64,000 nt of DNA from Abditibacteriaceae bacterium (GTDB taxonomy: Bacteria; Armatimonadota; Abditibacteriia; Abditibacteriales; Abditibacteriaceae), in NCBI GenBank assembly GCA_965277285.1, contig OZ255721.1, forward strand, positions 1,248,001-1,312,000, in the 5' to 3' direction. A program made the position numbers and the translations under genes. Under the pieces are notes generated by a model. It ran no database searches. It worked only from the letters and a program-made list of their open reading frames with translations, and had not been told where the DNA came from. This document shows positions 17,941 through 30,459 of this stretch, piece after piece; position 1 is the first letter of the stretch; every line of letters starts with the position of its first letter.

Positions 17941-19587
17941 TTACTTCCGTTGAGAGTGATTTTTGCGTCTTGACAACTGCCGTGCAGCCAAAGCTCCACC
18001 AAAAAGAAGAGCTGCGGCCAGGTAGAAAAACGATTTATTGGACGATGCGGTTTCTGTTGGATTTCTTGAATCTGCAGCTTTAACGCCGCTTTGCGCTAAT
18101 TTGTCTTCGATTTGAAACGCTCCACCCGCTTTTTGGTACCAGAACGCGACCCAGCGATATTCCATATCGTCGTCGTGGTTGCGTCCGTTGTGACCGAAAT
18201 CGAACGAGAAACTTTTCTTGAATGGAACCGCATCGAGAATCATCAGGCGATAAGCCGAAACACCCGGCGGCGCCAGAGTTTTGCGCGTCAGGCCGCCAAA
18301 AGGCCTCGCAAAGGGCGTATCGGGAAAATACCACGCGCTGTTGAAAAAATCTTCGGTTCCGGTGCCTTCGTGACTTGTTCCGTCCGCCGTGATGGTTTCG
18401 TTGCCTTCCAAAAACGCGAAAGTGCGCCGATTCGCGCCCGCAACCGGACGAATATCCAAATTCAAGCCGACGAAGGCGCCTTCGCCCTCCGCTTTCAACA
18501 TCGAAACAGGCTTGTCCATTTCAGTGCGCGACGAGCCAACCCGCGCATGAAAGCGCCATAAGGGAAGTCGCGCTTCAGGCAACGCGCGAATCGTACTGGT
18601 GATAAGAACGCCAACCGAATCGTGACCGGCATTGAACAGCTCGAGCTTGCGATTTTTCGGCAAGGTAATCGGCCATTTCAAAGCGAAATGATCTTTTTGC
18701 AACGCTCCAACGGCGCTGTCGGGAACATTTTCCGCGTTGCCCGCCGCGAGCAGCGACAAAGGCACATCAATCGCCGCGTTCCTTTCGCCGTCCCAATAGG
18801 CGCGCAAATGCAAATCGTTCAATACTTGCGCCAGAGGTCGTTTGTTGTCGCCGCGCGCGTCCGAATAACCAACGATTAAATCGATGCTTTCCAGCACGCC
18901 AACCGGCGCATTCGCCAGAAAATCGTGCGATTTGCCAGGCGCAGTTCCCCAATCGGAAACGATTTGCGACGTTTTTCCTGATGGGAGTGGAATAGTTTTC
19001 GGCGTTGCGCTGGCAATCGCGGCTTGATAGAAAAACTTTAGCGTGTCGTTGTCGTGATTGGTCACGATCAAAGCTGCGTTTGCCGACAATTTCCCCAATC
19101 GAGTACTCGAATCGGCATTTTGCGATGGATAAAGCAGCCACGCTTTGTTCCAAAGTTCGCCGAAGTTCGCTTTGCCGTCTCTCAACAAATCAACGTTCTG
19201 CGGGCCGTTTTGCAAACTCACATCGCACTTGTCAGGATTGGAACTGGTGAACCACAAGCGCAATAATTGGCCGCCAGTTAAAGGAATGCGGCGCGTTTCA
19301 TTCGGCTTTAATTCGAGATAATCGTGATTTTGGTGCTTCGTGTCGGTGGACGCGAACCATTGATAAGGCGTTGTCGGCGCCAGAAGATGATCGAGGTTTT
19401 GCGCGCCCAGTTGGGTTGGCGCCCAAAGCATCAATGACAACAGAAGCGCCAATGGCCAGCGAATAAATTCGCCGCCAGAGAGAAGTGTCAACCTTCGTTG
19501 ACACAACTTCAAACTTTGTTGCGTCGGCGCAGGCTGACGCCTTTCTTTGGCGGCGAATTTATTCGCTGACTTAGTAAATCGTGCCAT
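17941..19587 (-). CDS. DUF2961 / GH172-like protein with C-terminal TM anchor (start uncertain)
   Basis: LRAYWDGE..AAIDVPL, GEG.FVG, LEG.E, GTGTEDFFNSAWYF, VAFWYQ. Confidence 0.75.
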   Translation of the reverse strand: MARFTKSANKFAAKERRQPAPTQQSLKLCQRRLTLLSGGEFIRWPLALLLSLMLWAPTQLGAQNLDHLLAPTTPYQWFASTDTKHQNHDYLELKPNETRRIPLTGGQLLRLWFTSSNPDKCDVSLQNGPQNVDLLRDGKANFGELWNKAWLLYPSQNADSSTRLGKLSANAALIVTNHDNDTLKFFYQAAIASATPKTIPLPSGKTSQIVSDWGTAPGKSHDFLANAPVGVLESIDLIVGYSDARGDNKRPLAQVLNDLHLRAYWDGERNAAIDVPLSLLAAGNAENVPDSAVGALQKDHFALKWPITLPKNRKLELFNAGHDSVGVLITSTIRALPEARLPLWRFHARVGSSRTEMDKPVSMLKAEGEGAFVGLNLDIRPVAGANRRTFAFLEGNETITADGTSHEGTGTEDFFNSAWYFPDTPFARPFGGLTRKTLAPPGVSAYRLMILDAVPFKKSFSFDFGHNGRNHDDDMEYRWVAFWYQKAGGAFQIEDKLAQSGVKAADSRNPTETASSNKSFFYLAAALLFGGALAARQLSRRKNHSQRK

Positions 19588-19942
19588 CGTCTCCTGAACC
19601 AGAACCCAAATCACCGAAATTGCCGCCGCCCAATTCCGATTCCAAAAGCTGCTCGACTTCGCCACTTAAATCCGCTCCACTTTCCGAACTCATTTCGCGT
19701 CCGGCTTCCTGCGCCAAACGCCGCAAAGTTTGCGCATCGTCCAAGTCGCTGTTTTCCATGCGTTGGGCCAGCGAATCCATGCGCGCGTCATCGGAACGCC
19801 CACGCGCGAAACGCGACATTAATTTCACGAAATCGGTCGAAGCACAGCGCGGACAACGCGGCTCGTCATTGTCGCTGACAACGCCGCTGAGAAACGTCCA
19901 TTGCTTGCCGCAGGCGCGACACGAGTACTCGAAAAGAGGCAT
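19571..19942 (-). CDS. FmdB-family zinc-ribbon regulatory protein
   Basis: MPLFEYSCRACG...CPRC.S....KLMSRF. Confidence 0.85.
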   Translation of the reverse strand: MPLFEYSCRACGKQWTFLSGVVSDNDEPRCPRCASTDFVKLMSRFARGRSDDARMDSLAQRMENSDLDDAQTLRRLAQEAGREMSSESGADLSGEVEQLLESELGGGNFGDLGSGSGDDGTIY

Positions 19943-20039
19943 TTTTGGAAGGATGAAGGATGAAATTGAGTACTCGAAATTGAAAGTGTGCCGCTGAAGT
20001 TCGGCTTTTTCTTCATCCTTCATCTTTCATCCTTTGCTT

Positions 20040-20468
20040 TCATCCCATTTCATTGCCCAGCCAACCGCCAGGACGACAAACTAAAACTTCAATCGAAGTC
20101 GCGTCGAAAACGCGCTGCACGCCGTCGCGCGCTTGTTCGACGACTTCGCGCAAACCAGCATCGCTGGAAAAACTGCTGTCATCGATCCAATCGGGCAATG
20201 GGACGAGTTCGCCTTGAATCGCGGCAATCGCCTGACCCAGGCTGATTTCGTGCGGCGCGCGGCTCAAGCGGTAACCGCCATGCTGGCCTTTTTTGCTTTG
20301 CACCAATCCGGCGCTTTTCAGTTCGAGCAAAACTTGTTCGAGGTATTTGCGCGGAATGTTGCAGTCGCGCGCGATGTCGCCAATTTGTCCCCATTCGTCG
20401 CGCGCATGGCTGCGAATCAAAAACGCCAAAGCCTGCATCGCATATTTCGCCGTGTGTCCCAATCGCAT
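20040..20468 (-). CDS. Rrf2 family transcriptional regulator
   Basis: YAMQAL, IA...IPRKYLEQVL..LK.AGLV.SKKG..GGYRL.R.P.EISL; no Fe-S Cys triad. Confidence 0.9.
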   Translation of the reverse strand: MRLGHTAKYAMQALAFLIRSHARDEWGQIGDIARDCNIPRKYLEQVLLELKSAGLVQSKKGQHGGYRLSRAPHEISLGQAIAAIQGELVPLPDWIDDSSFSSDAGLREVVEQARDGVQRVFDATSIEVLVCRPGGWLGNEMG

Positions 20469-20518
20469 GATGCTCGCAGTTTACCAAGTTTGAACGGCTT
20501 TTAATGACACGCGCGATA

Positions 20519-20527
20519 TGTTATAAT
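20519..20527 (+). promoter_or_regulatory. Extended -10 promoter of rpoZ
   Basis: TGTTATAAT about 35 bp upstream of ATG 20561. Confidence 0.55.
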
Positions 20528-20560
20528 TTGGAGGCTTTTAGTTTTTTCGTGTGGGGTTTT

Positions 20561-20833
20561 ATGCCTTTAGATAACATTTCCGAACTTCGTCGCCGCGTTC
20601 CGGGCGGCAAATATGCTTTAGCGCGCGCTGTGGCCGAACGCGCCCGCCAATTGCAAAGTGGCGCGACACCTTTGGTCGAAGTGCGCGTCGCCAATCCCTT
20701 GACGGTCGCTATCGAAGAAATTGTGGCCGGCAAAGTCACGTTTTTCATCAGCCAGGTCAACGAAGTCAAAGTGACCGAAGTCGCGCCCAAAGCTATCGAA
20801 ACCACTGATGCCAGCGCCGACGGACTGCTGTAA
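20561..20833 (+). CDS. rpoZ: RNA polymerase subunit omega
   Basis: KYALARAVAERARQL..GATPLV......PLTVAIEEIVAGKV. Confidence 0.9.
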   Translation: MPLDNISELRRRVPGGKYALARAVAERARQLQSGATPLVEVRVANPLTVAIEEIVAGKVTFFISQVNEVKVTEVAPKAIETTDASADGLL

Positions 20834-20919
20834 TTTTCCCGATTCGAGTACTCGAAAAGCCCATCGCGCGTTTGTGCGATGGGCTTTTGCTTTGGCGAAA
20901 GTAGATGTAAAGTCAAGCT

Positions 20920-23271
<2,352 letters not shown>

Positions 23272-23277
23272 ACAGAA

Positions 23278-23359
23278 AAGAACCCAGAGCGTCAGCGACG
23301 GGTGAAAACTAACGATTTGACTTTGAAGTTTTCACCCGTCGCTGACGCTCTGGGTTCTT
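23278..23359. repeat. REP-like inverted repeat family C
   Basis: AAGAACCCAGAGCGTCAGCGACGGGTGAAAACT...AGTTTTCACCCGTCGCTGACGCTCTGGGTTCTT. Confidence 0.8.
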
Positions 23360-23361
23360 AA

Positions 23362-24141
23362 TTATTTTGAAACGGGCGGCGTCCATGCGGGAATTTCGTC
23401 GTCGGGCACGGCGCCATAAAGTGCGGCTGGATGGCCGCCGCGCAACGCCCAGCCAGGTTCGCCGTAGCTCCAATGCCACCATTCGCCGCGAAAATTCGTC
23501 AACCCGGCGGTTTCGAGTACTCGAATCAGCAAATCGCGGTTGCGGCGCGCTTCATCGGAAAGACCTTCAATATACGTTGGAGCCGAATCCCAGCCCATTT
23601 CAAAAGGCGAGATAAAATCTAAGCGTTCGCCGCTGGGGTCGATGATTCCCAGATCGACGGCTCCGCCAGTGGTGTGCGGCGGCGGCGTTTCCCAGATCGG
23701 CGGCGCGGAAAAAACATTAACGTATTCGCGGACAAGGTCTTCATCCCAGTCGGGATGCTTTTCGCGCGTTTCCTGAGTCACCGTGTCATACATCAACTTT
23801 TGAACGTGGAAAGGCCGAAAGGCTCCCACGATGTGCAGCGTCAAACCTGCGGGCAGCAAACTTTGCGCATGCTTCAACATTTCAGCGACGCTTTCGCGCG
23901 CCAGGCCATAACGCGGAAAATCGAAGCGCGGGCTTTTGTCCATCCACGAAAGCTGCGGGCAAACCTGGAAAATATCGACCAATGGCTCGCCGTTGTCGCG
24001 CGTTGGGATTTTAATCAGTTCTTCGACAGGTTCGCCGAAATGATCGATTTGCGGACGCGAAGGTTGCGCATCCAGCGGCTCGTCTTCGGCGATTTCGACA
24101 AAGGTTTCGTCTTCATTTAATTCGGGATTTAATTCGGGCAT
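23362..24141 (-). CDS. M15 family D-Ala-D-Ala dipeptidase-like (VanX-type)
   Basis: FRP..VQ, PPHTTGGAVDL, R.LL..VL...G..N..EWWHWSYG. Confidence 0.88.
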   Translation of the reverse strand: MPELNPELNEDETFVEIAEDEPLDAQPSRPQIDHFGEPVEELIKIPTRDNGEPLVDIFQVCPQLSWMDKSPRFDFPRYGLARESVAEMLKHAQSLLPAGLTLHIVGAFRPFHVQKLMYDTVTQETREKHPDWDEDLVREYVNVFSAPPIWETPPPHTTGGAVDLGIIDPSGERLDFISPFEMGWDSAPTYIEGLSDEARRNRDLLIRVLETAGLTNFRGEWWHWSYGEPGWALRGGHPAALYGAVPDDEIPAWTPPVSK

Positions 24142-24172
24142 TTTGAGGAATTGAGTACTCGAGACAATTGGC

Positions 24173-24201
24173 GTACAGGCGATTCGCCGAATCGCCCGTA
24201 C
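24173..24201. repeat. Family D palindrome
   Basis: GTACAGGCGATTCG C CGAATCGCCCGTAC. Confidence 0.55.
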
Positions 24202-24209
24202 AAAGCGAA

Positions 24210-25181
24210 TTATTTCACGACCATCGGCATCATTTCAGCCGAGCCAAAAACTCCGCACAAGCCACGTTCGCGCAGCCAGTGAGCGCGCTTGAGATAGCCC
24301 AGTGCCGTGCCGCAAACATTGGCCGCCATCGAAGTTTCATCGCCCAAAATAAATTTGTGCTGACTGCGTTTTCCTTCAAACGTGATGCCGGTTAAAGTCA
24401 TCGTCGTCGAAACGGGCTTTTGCGCATTGCGCGTATCCATTACGCCGCCGACGTGAACTTGGTCGCGCGAAATCACGCCAGCGCGTTCCAGCATCACGTC
24501 GTCGGCGTGTTCCATGTCGTGCAAGGTCAGTTTGCCGTCGGTTTCGTTGAGCAAGGTGTCCACTTCGGCGTCGCTCATCAGCTTGGCGCTTTCGACGGAA
24601 TGGCCGGGCAAATGCGCGATGTCTTCGCGGATCGTCGCTTTGTAATCGTCCCAGCGCGCGATGCCAACGCCCCACCAAATATCAACTTTTTCGACCTTGA
24701 CGAAACTCTGCGCCGCCAATGCAGCCGCCGCTGTCAAAAGTCCGGGCGTAGCGCCGCATCCCGAAAGATAAACGCAACCTGCGGCGCGAAACTCGTCGTC
24801 CAAATCGAACATCATTTCCATGGCGCGCGTGCGTTTTAAGGCATCCACGAAAGCGCCTTTGAAACCGTTCTGCACAAAACGCTTCGCCACATCGGGAATG
24901 AAATTGTTCGGCAAGTTCGGCAACGCGATAAAAATGCCGTCGATGGCGTTGCCCAGTTTCACGATTTCGCCAATGGAATCGTCGCTTTCGCGTCCGTTTT
25001 CCAGTTCACAAACGCTGCCGCCGACTTTTACGCGCGCGATTTCCTGCGCATTCAAACCGTTGGCGTCATAGACAAAACCGCCCGCATCGGCGACGGCAAC
25101 CAGCGTCATTTCGGTTTTTTGTTCGATAATTTGCGCGGCGGCTTTGCCCAATCCGCCCGCGCCTAAAATAGCAATTCGCAT
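24210..25181 (-). CDS. bioU: BioU (dehydrogenase-fold replacement for BioA)
   Basis: Matches remembered cyanobacterial BioU motifs GxGGLG.AAA, ALPNLPN.F, VDALKRT, GCGATPGLLTAAAA, ATIREDIAH, MEHADD.MLE, LGDETSMAANVCG; adjacent to bioF/bioD. Confidence 0.88.
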   Translation of the reverse strand: MRIAILGAGGLGKAAAQIIEQKTEMTLVAVADAGGFVYDANGLNAQEIARVKVGGSVCELENGRESDDSIGEIVKLGNAIDGIFIALPNLPNNFIPDVAKRFVQNGFKGAFVDALKRTRAMEMMFDLDDEFRAAGCVYLSGCGATPGLLTAAAALAAQSFVKVEKVDIWWGVGIARWDDYKATIREDIAHLPGHSVESAKLMSDAEVDTLLNETDGKLTLHDMEHADDVMLERAGVISRDQVHVGGVMDTRNAQKPVSTTMTLTGITFEGKRSQHKFILGDETSMAANVCGTALGYLKRAHWLRERGLCGVFGSAEMMPMVVK

Positions 25182-25284
25182 GAAGGTTCCTGTAAGTCAA
25201 ACGTTGAGAAAACTTTAACACGACGCGAGTTTGCGCGCTATTTTCAACAATCGAGTTTCAACAATCGAGTACTCGATACGCGAT

Positions 25285-27579
25285 TTAACTGGGTTGAAAA
25301 ACGCTGAAGACGCTGGAAAAATCGTCCGTCCAGACGCCGATTTTGTCGCTTGTCGGACAAGGTTTCCAGCGTTGATCGTCGGCCAAAGTTCCCAAATCGG
25401 CACGATTGCGCGCGACAACCGCGAAGTGCGAAGCAGTTTTCCCGCGCGCCGCTTCCACCGCGCTAATTTCGCCTTGATCTTGATGCAGGCAAACCAATCC
25501 GGCGTCTTTGGACAAATTGCCCAGCACGGGCGCGATGTTCAGGTGACGATTCGAGATATTGAAAATCATCAGGCCGTGCGGCGCCAGCTTCGACAAATAA
25601 ATTTGCATCGCCTGGCGCGTCAAAAGGTGAATCGGCAACGAATCGGAACTGTAAGCATCCAAAATCAGCACGTCGTAAGACGCGGGTTGCGCGCGCGAAA
25701 GCGTCAGGCGACCATCGCCCAAAATCACTTTCAGCGGCGCCGGACAATCGCGCAAATAAGTGAAAAACTTGGGGTTGCGCGCGATTTGTTCGACGACCGG
25801 ATCAATTTCGTAAAACGTCCAATCTTGCCCACGTTGCGCATAGCTGGAAATGCCGCCCGCGCCCAGTCCGACAACAGCGATTTTCCAGTTTTTGCTGCGC
25901 TCCTGGAAACTGGTGAACGCTTGTCCCAGCGGGCCGGTGCGATAGTAATAGGCTTGCGCTTCGCGTTGCGGCGTGGGCAGCCACCGTTGACTGCCGTGCA
26001 ACGTGTCGCCGTGAACGATCTGGTGCAGTTGTCCCGTTTGGTCAAAGGTCACGCGATGCACGCCGAAAAAGCTGCGCGCCGTGTAAATGACAATTCCCTG
26101 CCCGTTCAGATAAAAGGTTCCGGCCAGCAAAATCGCGCCGATGCCGAGCGAGAAACGTAAAGGACGACGCGAAAACACAAAGCACGCAAACGCCGGAATG
26201 CCGAACAACAAGCCCGTTGTTTCCGGCCCGGCTTCCAAGCGCTTTTGTAAAAACGTCACCAAACCAAAAGTCGCCAAGCCCAAAATCGTCGGCAAAACCC
26301 AATCGAGTACTCGACTGCGCAACAATTTTTCCGGTGCGACTTGGGTCGCCAAAGGTCGCAAAGCGAGAGCGCACGCCAGCACCAATGTCAATGGATATTC
26401 GACAACGGTGGAAAACAAAACCGGCGCCAGCAACGCGTTGAACGCGCCGCCTAAAACGCCGCCCAGCGACATCCAGAAATAAAACTCGGTCAAGTGTTGC
26501 GCCGAAGGTCGATCCGCCACGATTTGGCCGTGACAGACGAGCGTAATCACGAAGAACACCAGCAAATGCAACGGCAACAGCAACGCTGTCGGGTGATTGG
26601 CGCGCGAGGCGAGCGCAACGACCAAAGGCAAAATCAGCAAGGCCAGGGCGCGCGTCGCCAGCATTTGCGGGATGATTTGTCGCTGCGAGAAAACCAGAAT
26701 AAAGGTCAGCAGATAAAGTACGAGCGGCACGATCCACATCAGCGGCACGGCGGCGACATCGGTTGAAAGATACGTCGTCACGCTCATCATCAAACTGGAT
26801 GGCACAAACGCCAGCAAAACCCAGTTCAAGCGACGCGCATTCGATGGCGCATCATCCTTTGCCAAGGTCGAAGTTTCCGCAAATCGAGTACTCGAAATGG
26901 TTTGCGCCTCAGGCGATTGCGCGTGACGCCACAAAAAACCGACGCTAATCAGCGTGCAAGCGATAAACAGCAGATAGCCGTTGCGCCACAGTAGGCTTTG
27001 ATCCATCAGGCGCAGGCGCGGCTCCAGCAAAATCGGATAAGAAAGCAAGGCCAGCAAACTTCCGGCATTGCTCGCGGCATACAGAAAATATGGGTCTTTG
27101 GCGGCGGGATGTCCGGTCGCGGCGAACCATTTTTGCAATAAAGGGCTGCTCGCTGACACTACAAAAAACGGCAAGCCGACAGCGACCAACAGCAAACCCA
27201 GCAACCACGGCGCGGGATTCACGTCGGACGGCGGCGTCCAGCCATGAGGAACCACAATCGGCAAAACCAGCAGCGGCAAAAACAACAAAACGCTGTGCGC
27301 GAGGGCTTGATTGCGCACGCCGAACCATTTCGTCGAGAGATGCGCGTAGCCGTAGCCCAGCAACAAAATCGCCTGATAAAACACCATCGTGGTGTTCCAC
27401 ACCGAAGGCGAGCCGCCCAACATCGGCAACACCATGCGCGCGAACATCGGCTGCACCAGAAACAACAACGCTGCGCTGATAAAGATCGTCAGCGTAAAAA
27501 CGGCCACTAAAATCGTCAGGGAAGCCCTGCGTTGGGGAATTCCAACAAAGGACGGAACAGCGACACTCGATTCGCTCAT
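25285..27579 (-). CDS. Fused MFS-like / spermidine-synthase-like membrane protein
   Basis: SAALLFLVQPM, GGSPSVW, LYAASNAGSL, HG.TLHG.Q, GLGAG, YEIDP, GDGRL, DAYSSDS.P.HLLT, WTDDFS. Confidence 0.9.
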   Translation of the reverse strand: MSESSVAVPSFVGIPQRRASLTILVAVFTLTIFISAALLFLVQPMFARMVLPMLGGSPSVWNTTMVFYQAILLLGYGYAHLSTKWFGVRNQALAHSVLLFLPLLVLPIVVPHGWTPPSDVNPAPWLLGLLLVAVGLPFFVVSASSPLLQKWFAATGHPAAKDPYFLYAASNAGSLLALLSYPILLEPRLRLMDQSLLWRNGYLLFIACTLISVGFLWRHAQSPEAQTISSTRFAETSTLAKDDAPSNARRLNWVLLAFVPSSLMMSVTTYLSTDVAAVPLMWIVPLVLYLLTFILVFSQRQIIPQMLATRALALLILPLVVALASRANHPTALLLPLHLLVFFVITLVCHGQIVADRPSAQHLTEFYFWMSLGGVLGGAFNALLAPVLFSTVVEYPLTLVLACALALRPLATQVAPEKLLRSRVLDWVLPTILGLATFGLVTFLQKRLEAGPETTGLLFGIPAFACFVFSRRPLRFSLGIGAILLAGTFYLNGQGIVIYTARSFFGVHRVTFDQTGQLHQIVHGDTLHGSQRWLPTPQREAQAYYYRTGPLGQAFTSFQERSKNWKIAVVGLGAGGISSYAQRGQDWTFYEIDPVVEQIARNPKFFTYLRDCPAPLKVILGDGRLTLSRAQPASYDVLILDAYSSDSLPIHLLTRQAMQIYLSKLAPHGLMIFNISNRHLNIAPVLGNLSKDAGLVCLHQDQGEISAVEAARGKTASHFAVVARNRADLGTLADDQRWKPCPTSDKIGVWTDDFSSVFSVFQPS

Positions 27580-28107
27580 GCAATCTCTATTACGTGCAAA
27601 TTTTACTTACTGCAAAGGTGTTACAACCTTTCTGCCTTATAAGACTCCGTGAATGACAGAGGAAATATTGTTCTGAGAGGACGTAAATAAGGTCAGTCTG
27701 ACCATTTAATCGGCAGTGCCCTCATAGAAAGTTGATTCAAGTGGTGCGACTTCTGGTTCAGCGATTTCAAAGTGTTTTGCTCATAATCTTTGGAAGTTTT
27801 CGGCAACGCGGCAGTGGAAAGTGGAACATGCAGTGGCACATAATGCTGGTGGTTTGCAAGGCGTGCGAAAGTGCAATGGCGTCCACTTCGCTTGTGTGCA
27901 ACGAGGCTAAAGAATGTTCTTGAACTTGAGGAATTGCGTTATCTATATCGTAAAATCACGGGCGATCCTCAGTTGGTGTTCCTGATGGCTTAGTCACCAC
28001 CAAATGAGACCTACTTATGACGACTCTGCGAACCGCACCACTGTTTTTATCGAATTCGTGTCACGTTTTATCGAAGCCGTGTCACGCGATTAGTCGCTGG
28101 CGACTTT

Positions 28108-29235
28108 TCAGGACGCCGTACCACTGAGCAAGCGCAGTGCGGGTACCTGCGTTTTTTCGAGCTGGGCGCGCACTTCGCGCAATACGGATTCGACGCTGTG
28201 CGTTTCCATGCCAGCATGAGCGGATCCTGTGATTTGTTGCGCATCGAGTACTCGAATCGACTTGGCGCCGGGTTTTTGCACCGGCCCGGTGTGCGAGGAA
28301 GAAGTCGGGCCGAACAACGCGACAATTGGCGCTCCGACAGCCGCCGCGATGTGCATTGGGCCGGTATCGGCTGTCACAAAGGCGTCGCAGCGTTCGGCGA
28401 GCGCGGCCATTTGCATCAAGTTGGCGCGCCCTACAGCAGCCAGCACGCGACCGCGCCACGTATCGCCGGGCGAAAGCGTGCCATCGCTGCGCAACGAACG
28501 CCGCGCCATTTGAAGCGCCGCCAGTTCAGTTTCAAATTGCTCGAACAAAGCGCAATCCGTCGAGGCGCCGAAAACGACGACGCGCGCGCGTTCATCTTCG
28601 CGCAACAACGCATCCGCTAAAGCTGCAAAACGCTCCATCGGCCATCGCTTGAAGGCGTGCGCCGCGCCGAGATTGAGGCCGACCACGCGGTGTTCAGTTT
28701 GAAAACCGGCGCGCCCCAGAAAGTCATCCGCGAAGCGGCGATGCAAAGCCGTAAGCGGAACGCGCGGGAAAAAACGGTCGATGGCGTCCGGCGCGATATC
28801 CAATTGCGCGGCACGTCGCAGATAAAATTCGCGCGCGTGCATCGTGTTGCGCTCGTCTTTCAGCGGTTCCTCGATTTGCTCGTTGCTGCTCCACAAGGCG
28901 ATACGGCGCGCGCTGGAACCCGAAAGACGACGACGCGAACCACTCGCCCACACGAAAAGCGCCGCTTTATCTAAACCTTGCAAATCGAGAGTGACGTCGA
29001 AGTGCTCACGACGCGTGCGCCACAACGCACCCGCCAGACGACGATAACGATGGCGCGCATCGTTCCATAACAGCGTGTCGGAAAGTCCGGGCAAGCCGCA
29101 CACAACCGCCGCCGATTTCGCCTGCACCGCCCACACGATGTCGGCCTGCGGATAACGTTCGCGCAAGGCTTCGACAACCGGCGACGCCAGAACGCAATCG
29201 CCGATGCTGGACAAGCGCACGATGAGAATTTTCAT
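28108..29235 (-). CDS. Glycosyltransferase family 9 (heptosyltransferase-like)
   Basis: MKILIVRLSSIGD, DLQG, KRWP.ERF, DTGPMHIAAAVG...VALFGPT. Confidence 0.92.
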   Translation of the reverse strand: MKILIVRLSSIGDCVLASPVVEALRERYPQADIVWAVQAKSAAVVCGLPGLSDTLLWNDARHRYRRLAGALWRTRREHFDVTLDLQGLDKAALFVWASGSRRRLSGSSARRIALWSSNEQIEEPLKDERNTMHAREFYLRRAAQLDIAPDAIDRFFPRVPLTALHRRFADDFLGRAGFQTEHRVVGLNLGAAHAFKRWPMERFAALADALLREDERARVVVFGASTDCALFEQFETELAALQMARRSLRSDGTLSPGDTWRGRVLAAVGRANLMQMAALAERCDAFVTADTGPMHIAAAVGAPIVALFGPTSSSHTGPVQKPGAKSIRVLDAQQITGSAHAGMETHSVESVLREVRAQLEKTQVPALRLLSGTAS

Positions 29236-29345
29236 TGGCGCGCCAATCCTCGACGGCTGATGTCGAAAATCGCGCTCTGCAAGGGAATCATGTCAACAAC
29301 ATTAACCTATTTGGCATTTTCCTGCACGGCGTTACGATACAATCG

Positions 29346-30407
29346 CTACGCAATCGGCTTTTGCGAATGCGCTTCAAAACCCAGTTGCGCCATCGAGAAC
29401 CTGCGTTCTTCGGGCGAAAGTTGCATCCAGCGCCCATAACCCGCCGCCGCGATCATCGCCGCGTTATCGGTACAAAGAATCGATTGTGGCACCACGAAAT
29501 CAATTCCAAAGCGTGCCGCTGCTTCGTTCAAAGACGCGCGCAAAACGCCGTTCGCCGCCACGCCGCCGCACAAACCCAACGTTTGAATCGGCGCCATCGG
29601 TGTTTCATCACCTTTCGAGTACTCGATATTGGTTTCTGCGTTTGCGAAGAAGTTCAGTGCGCGTTCAACCGTGTTTTGCAGTTGCGCGACGGCGGCTTTT
29701 TGGAAACTGGCGGCGATGTCGGCGACGCGTTGAGGGTTTTTCGCGTGAGCCTGCGCGCCCGCCGTTTTCAAGCCGGAAAAGGAGAAATCGAAAGTGGGTT
29801 CCAACTTGGAAACGCCGAAAGAAAACGCTTTTGGATCACCTTGGCGCGCCGTTTTCTCCAAATTCGGGCCGCCGGGCTGCGGCAAACCCAAGGCACGCGC
29901 CACTTTATCGAATGCTTCACCGACCGCGTCGTCGCGCGTGCGACCCAAACGCTGATAATCGCCGATGCCGCGCATCAAAATCAGATCGGAATGCCCGCCG
30001 CTGACGACCAAGCACAACATCGGAAACGCCAAATCAGGCTTTTGCAATAGGGTCGAAGCGATGTGGCCTTCGACGTGATTAACCGCGATGCAGGGAATTT
30101 CGTGTGCCAACGAAATCGCCTTGGCGGACGCAACGCCAACCAACAGCGCGCCGACCAAACCCGGCGCGTGCGTGACCGCAACCAGATCGAGATCGCGCCA
30201 AGCCAACTCGCTTTCGCGCAAAGCTGCATCCAGCAAAGGATTGAGCATTTCCAAGTGCTTGCGGCTGGCGATTTCCGGCACCACGCCACCAAAAAGCTGA
30301 TGCGCCTCGACTTGCGACGCGATCAAATTGATGAGGATTTCGCGCCCATCGCGCACAATCGCCACGCTTGTTTCATCGCAGCTCGTTTCAATTCCTAAAG
30401 TCAACAT
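29346..30407 (-). CDS. tsaD: tRNA t6A37 threonylcarbamoyltransferase
   Basis: LGIETSCDET, GGVVPEIASR.H, NHVEGH, VSGGHS, DDAVGEAFDK, GGVAAN, CTDNAAMIA. Confidence 0.97.
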   Translation of the reverse strand: MLTLGIETSCDETSVAIVRDGREILINLIASQVEAHQLFGGVVPEIASRKHLEMLNPLLDAALRESELAWRDLDLVAVTHAPGLVGALLVGVASAKAISLAHEIPCIAVNHVEGHIASTLLQKPDLAFPMLCLVVSGGHSDLILMRGIGDYQRLGRTRDDAVGEAFDKVARALGLPQPGGPNLEKTARQGDPKAFSFGVSKLEPTFDFSFSGLKTAGAQAHAKNPQRVADIAASFQKAAVAQLQNTVERALNFFANAETNIEYSKGDETPMAPIQTLGLCGGVAANGVLRASLNEAAARFGIDFVVPQSILCTDNAAMIAAAGYGRWMQLSPEERRFSMAQLGFEAHSQKPIA

Positions 30408-30459
30408 AATTTTGGATGGTGAACAATATCGAGTACTCGAAAGCCTCGGTTTGCTTGCA

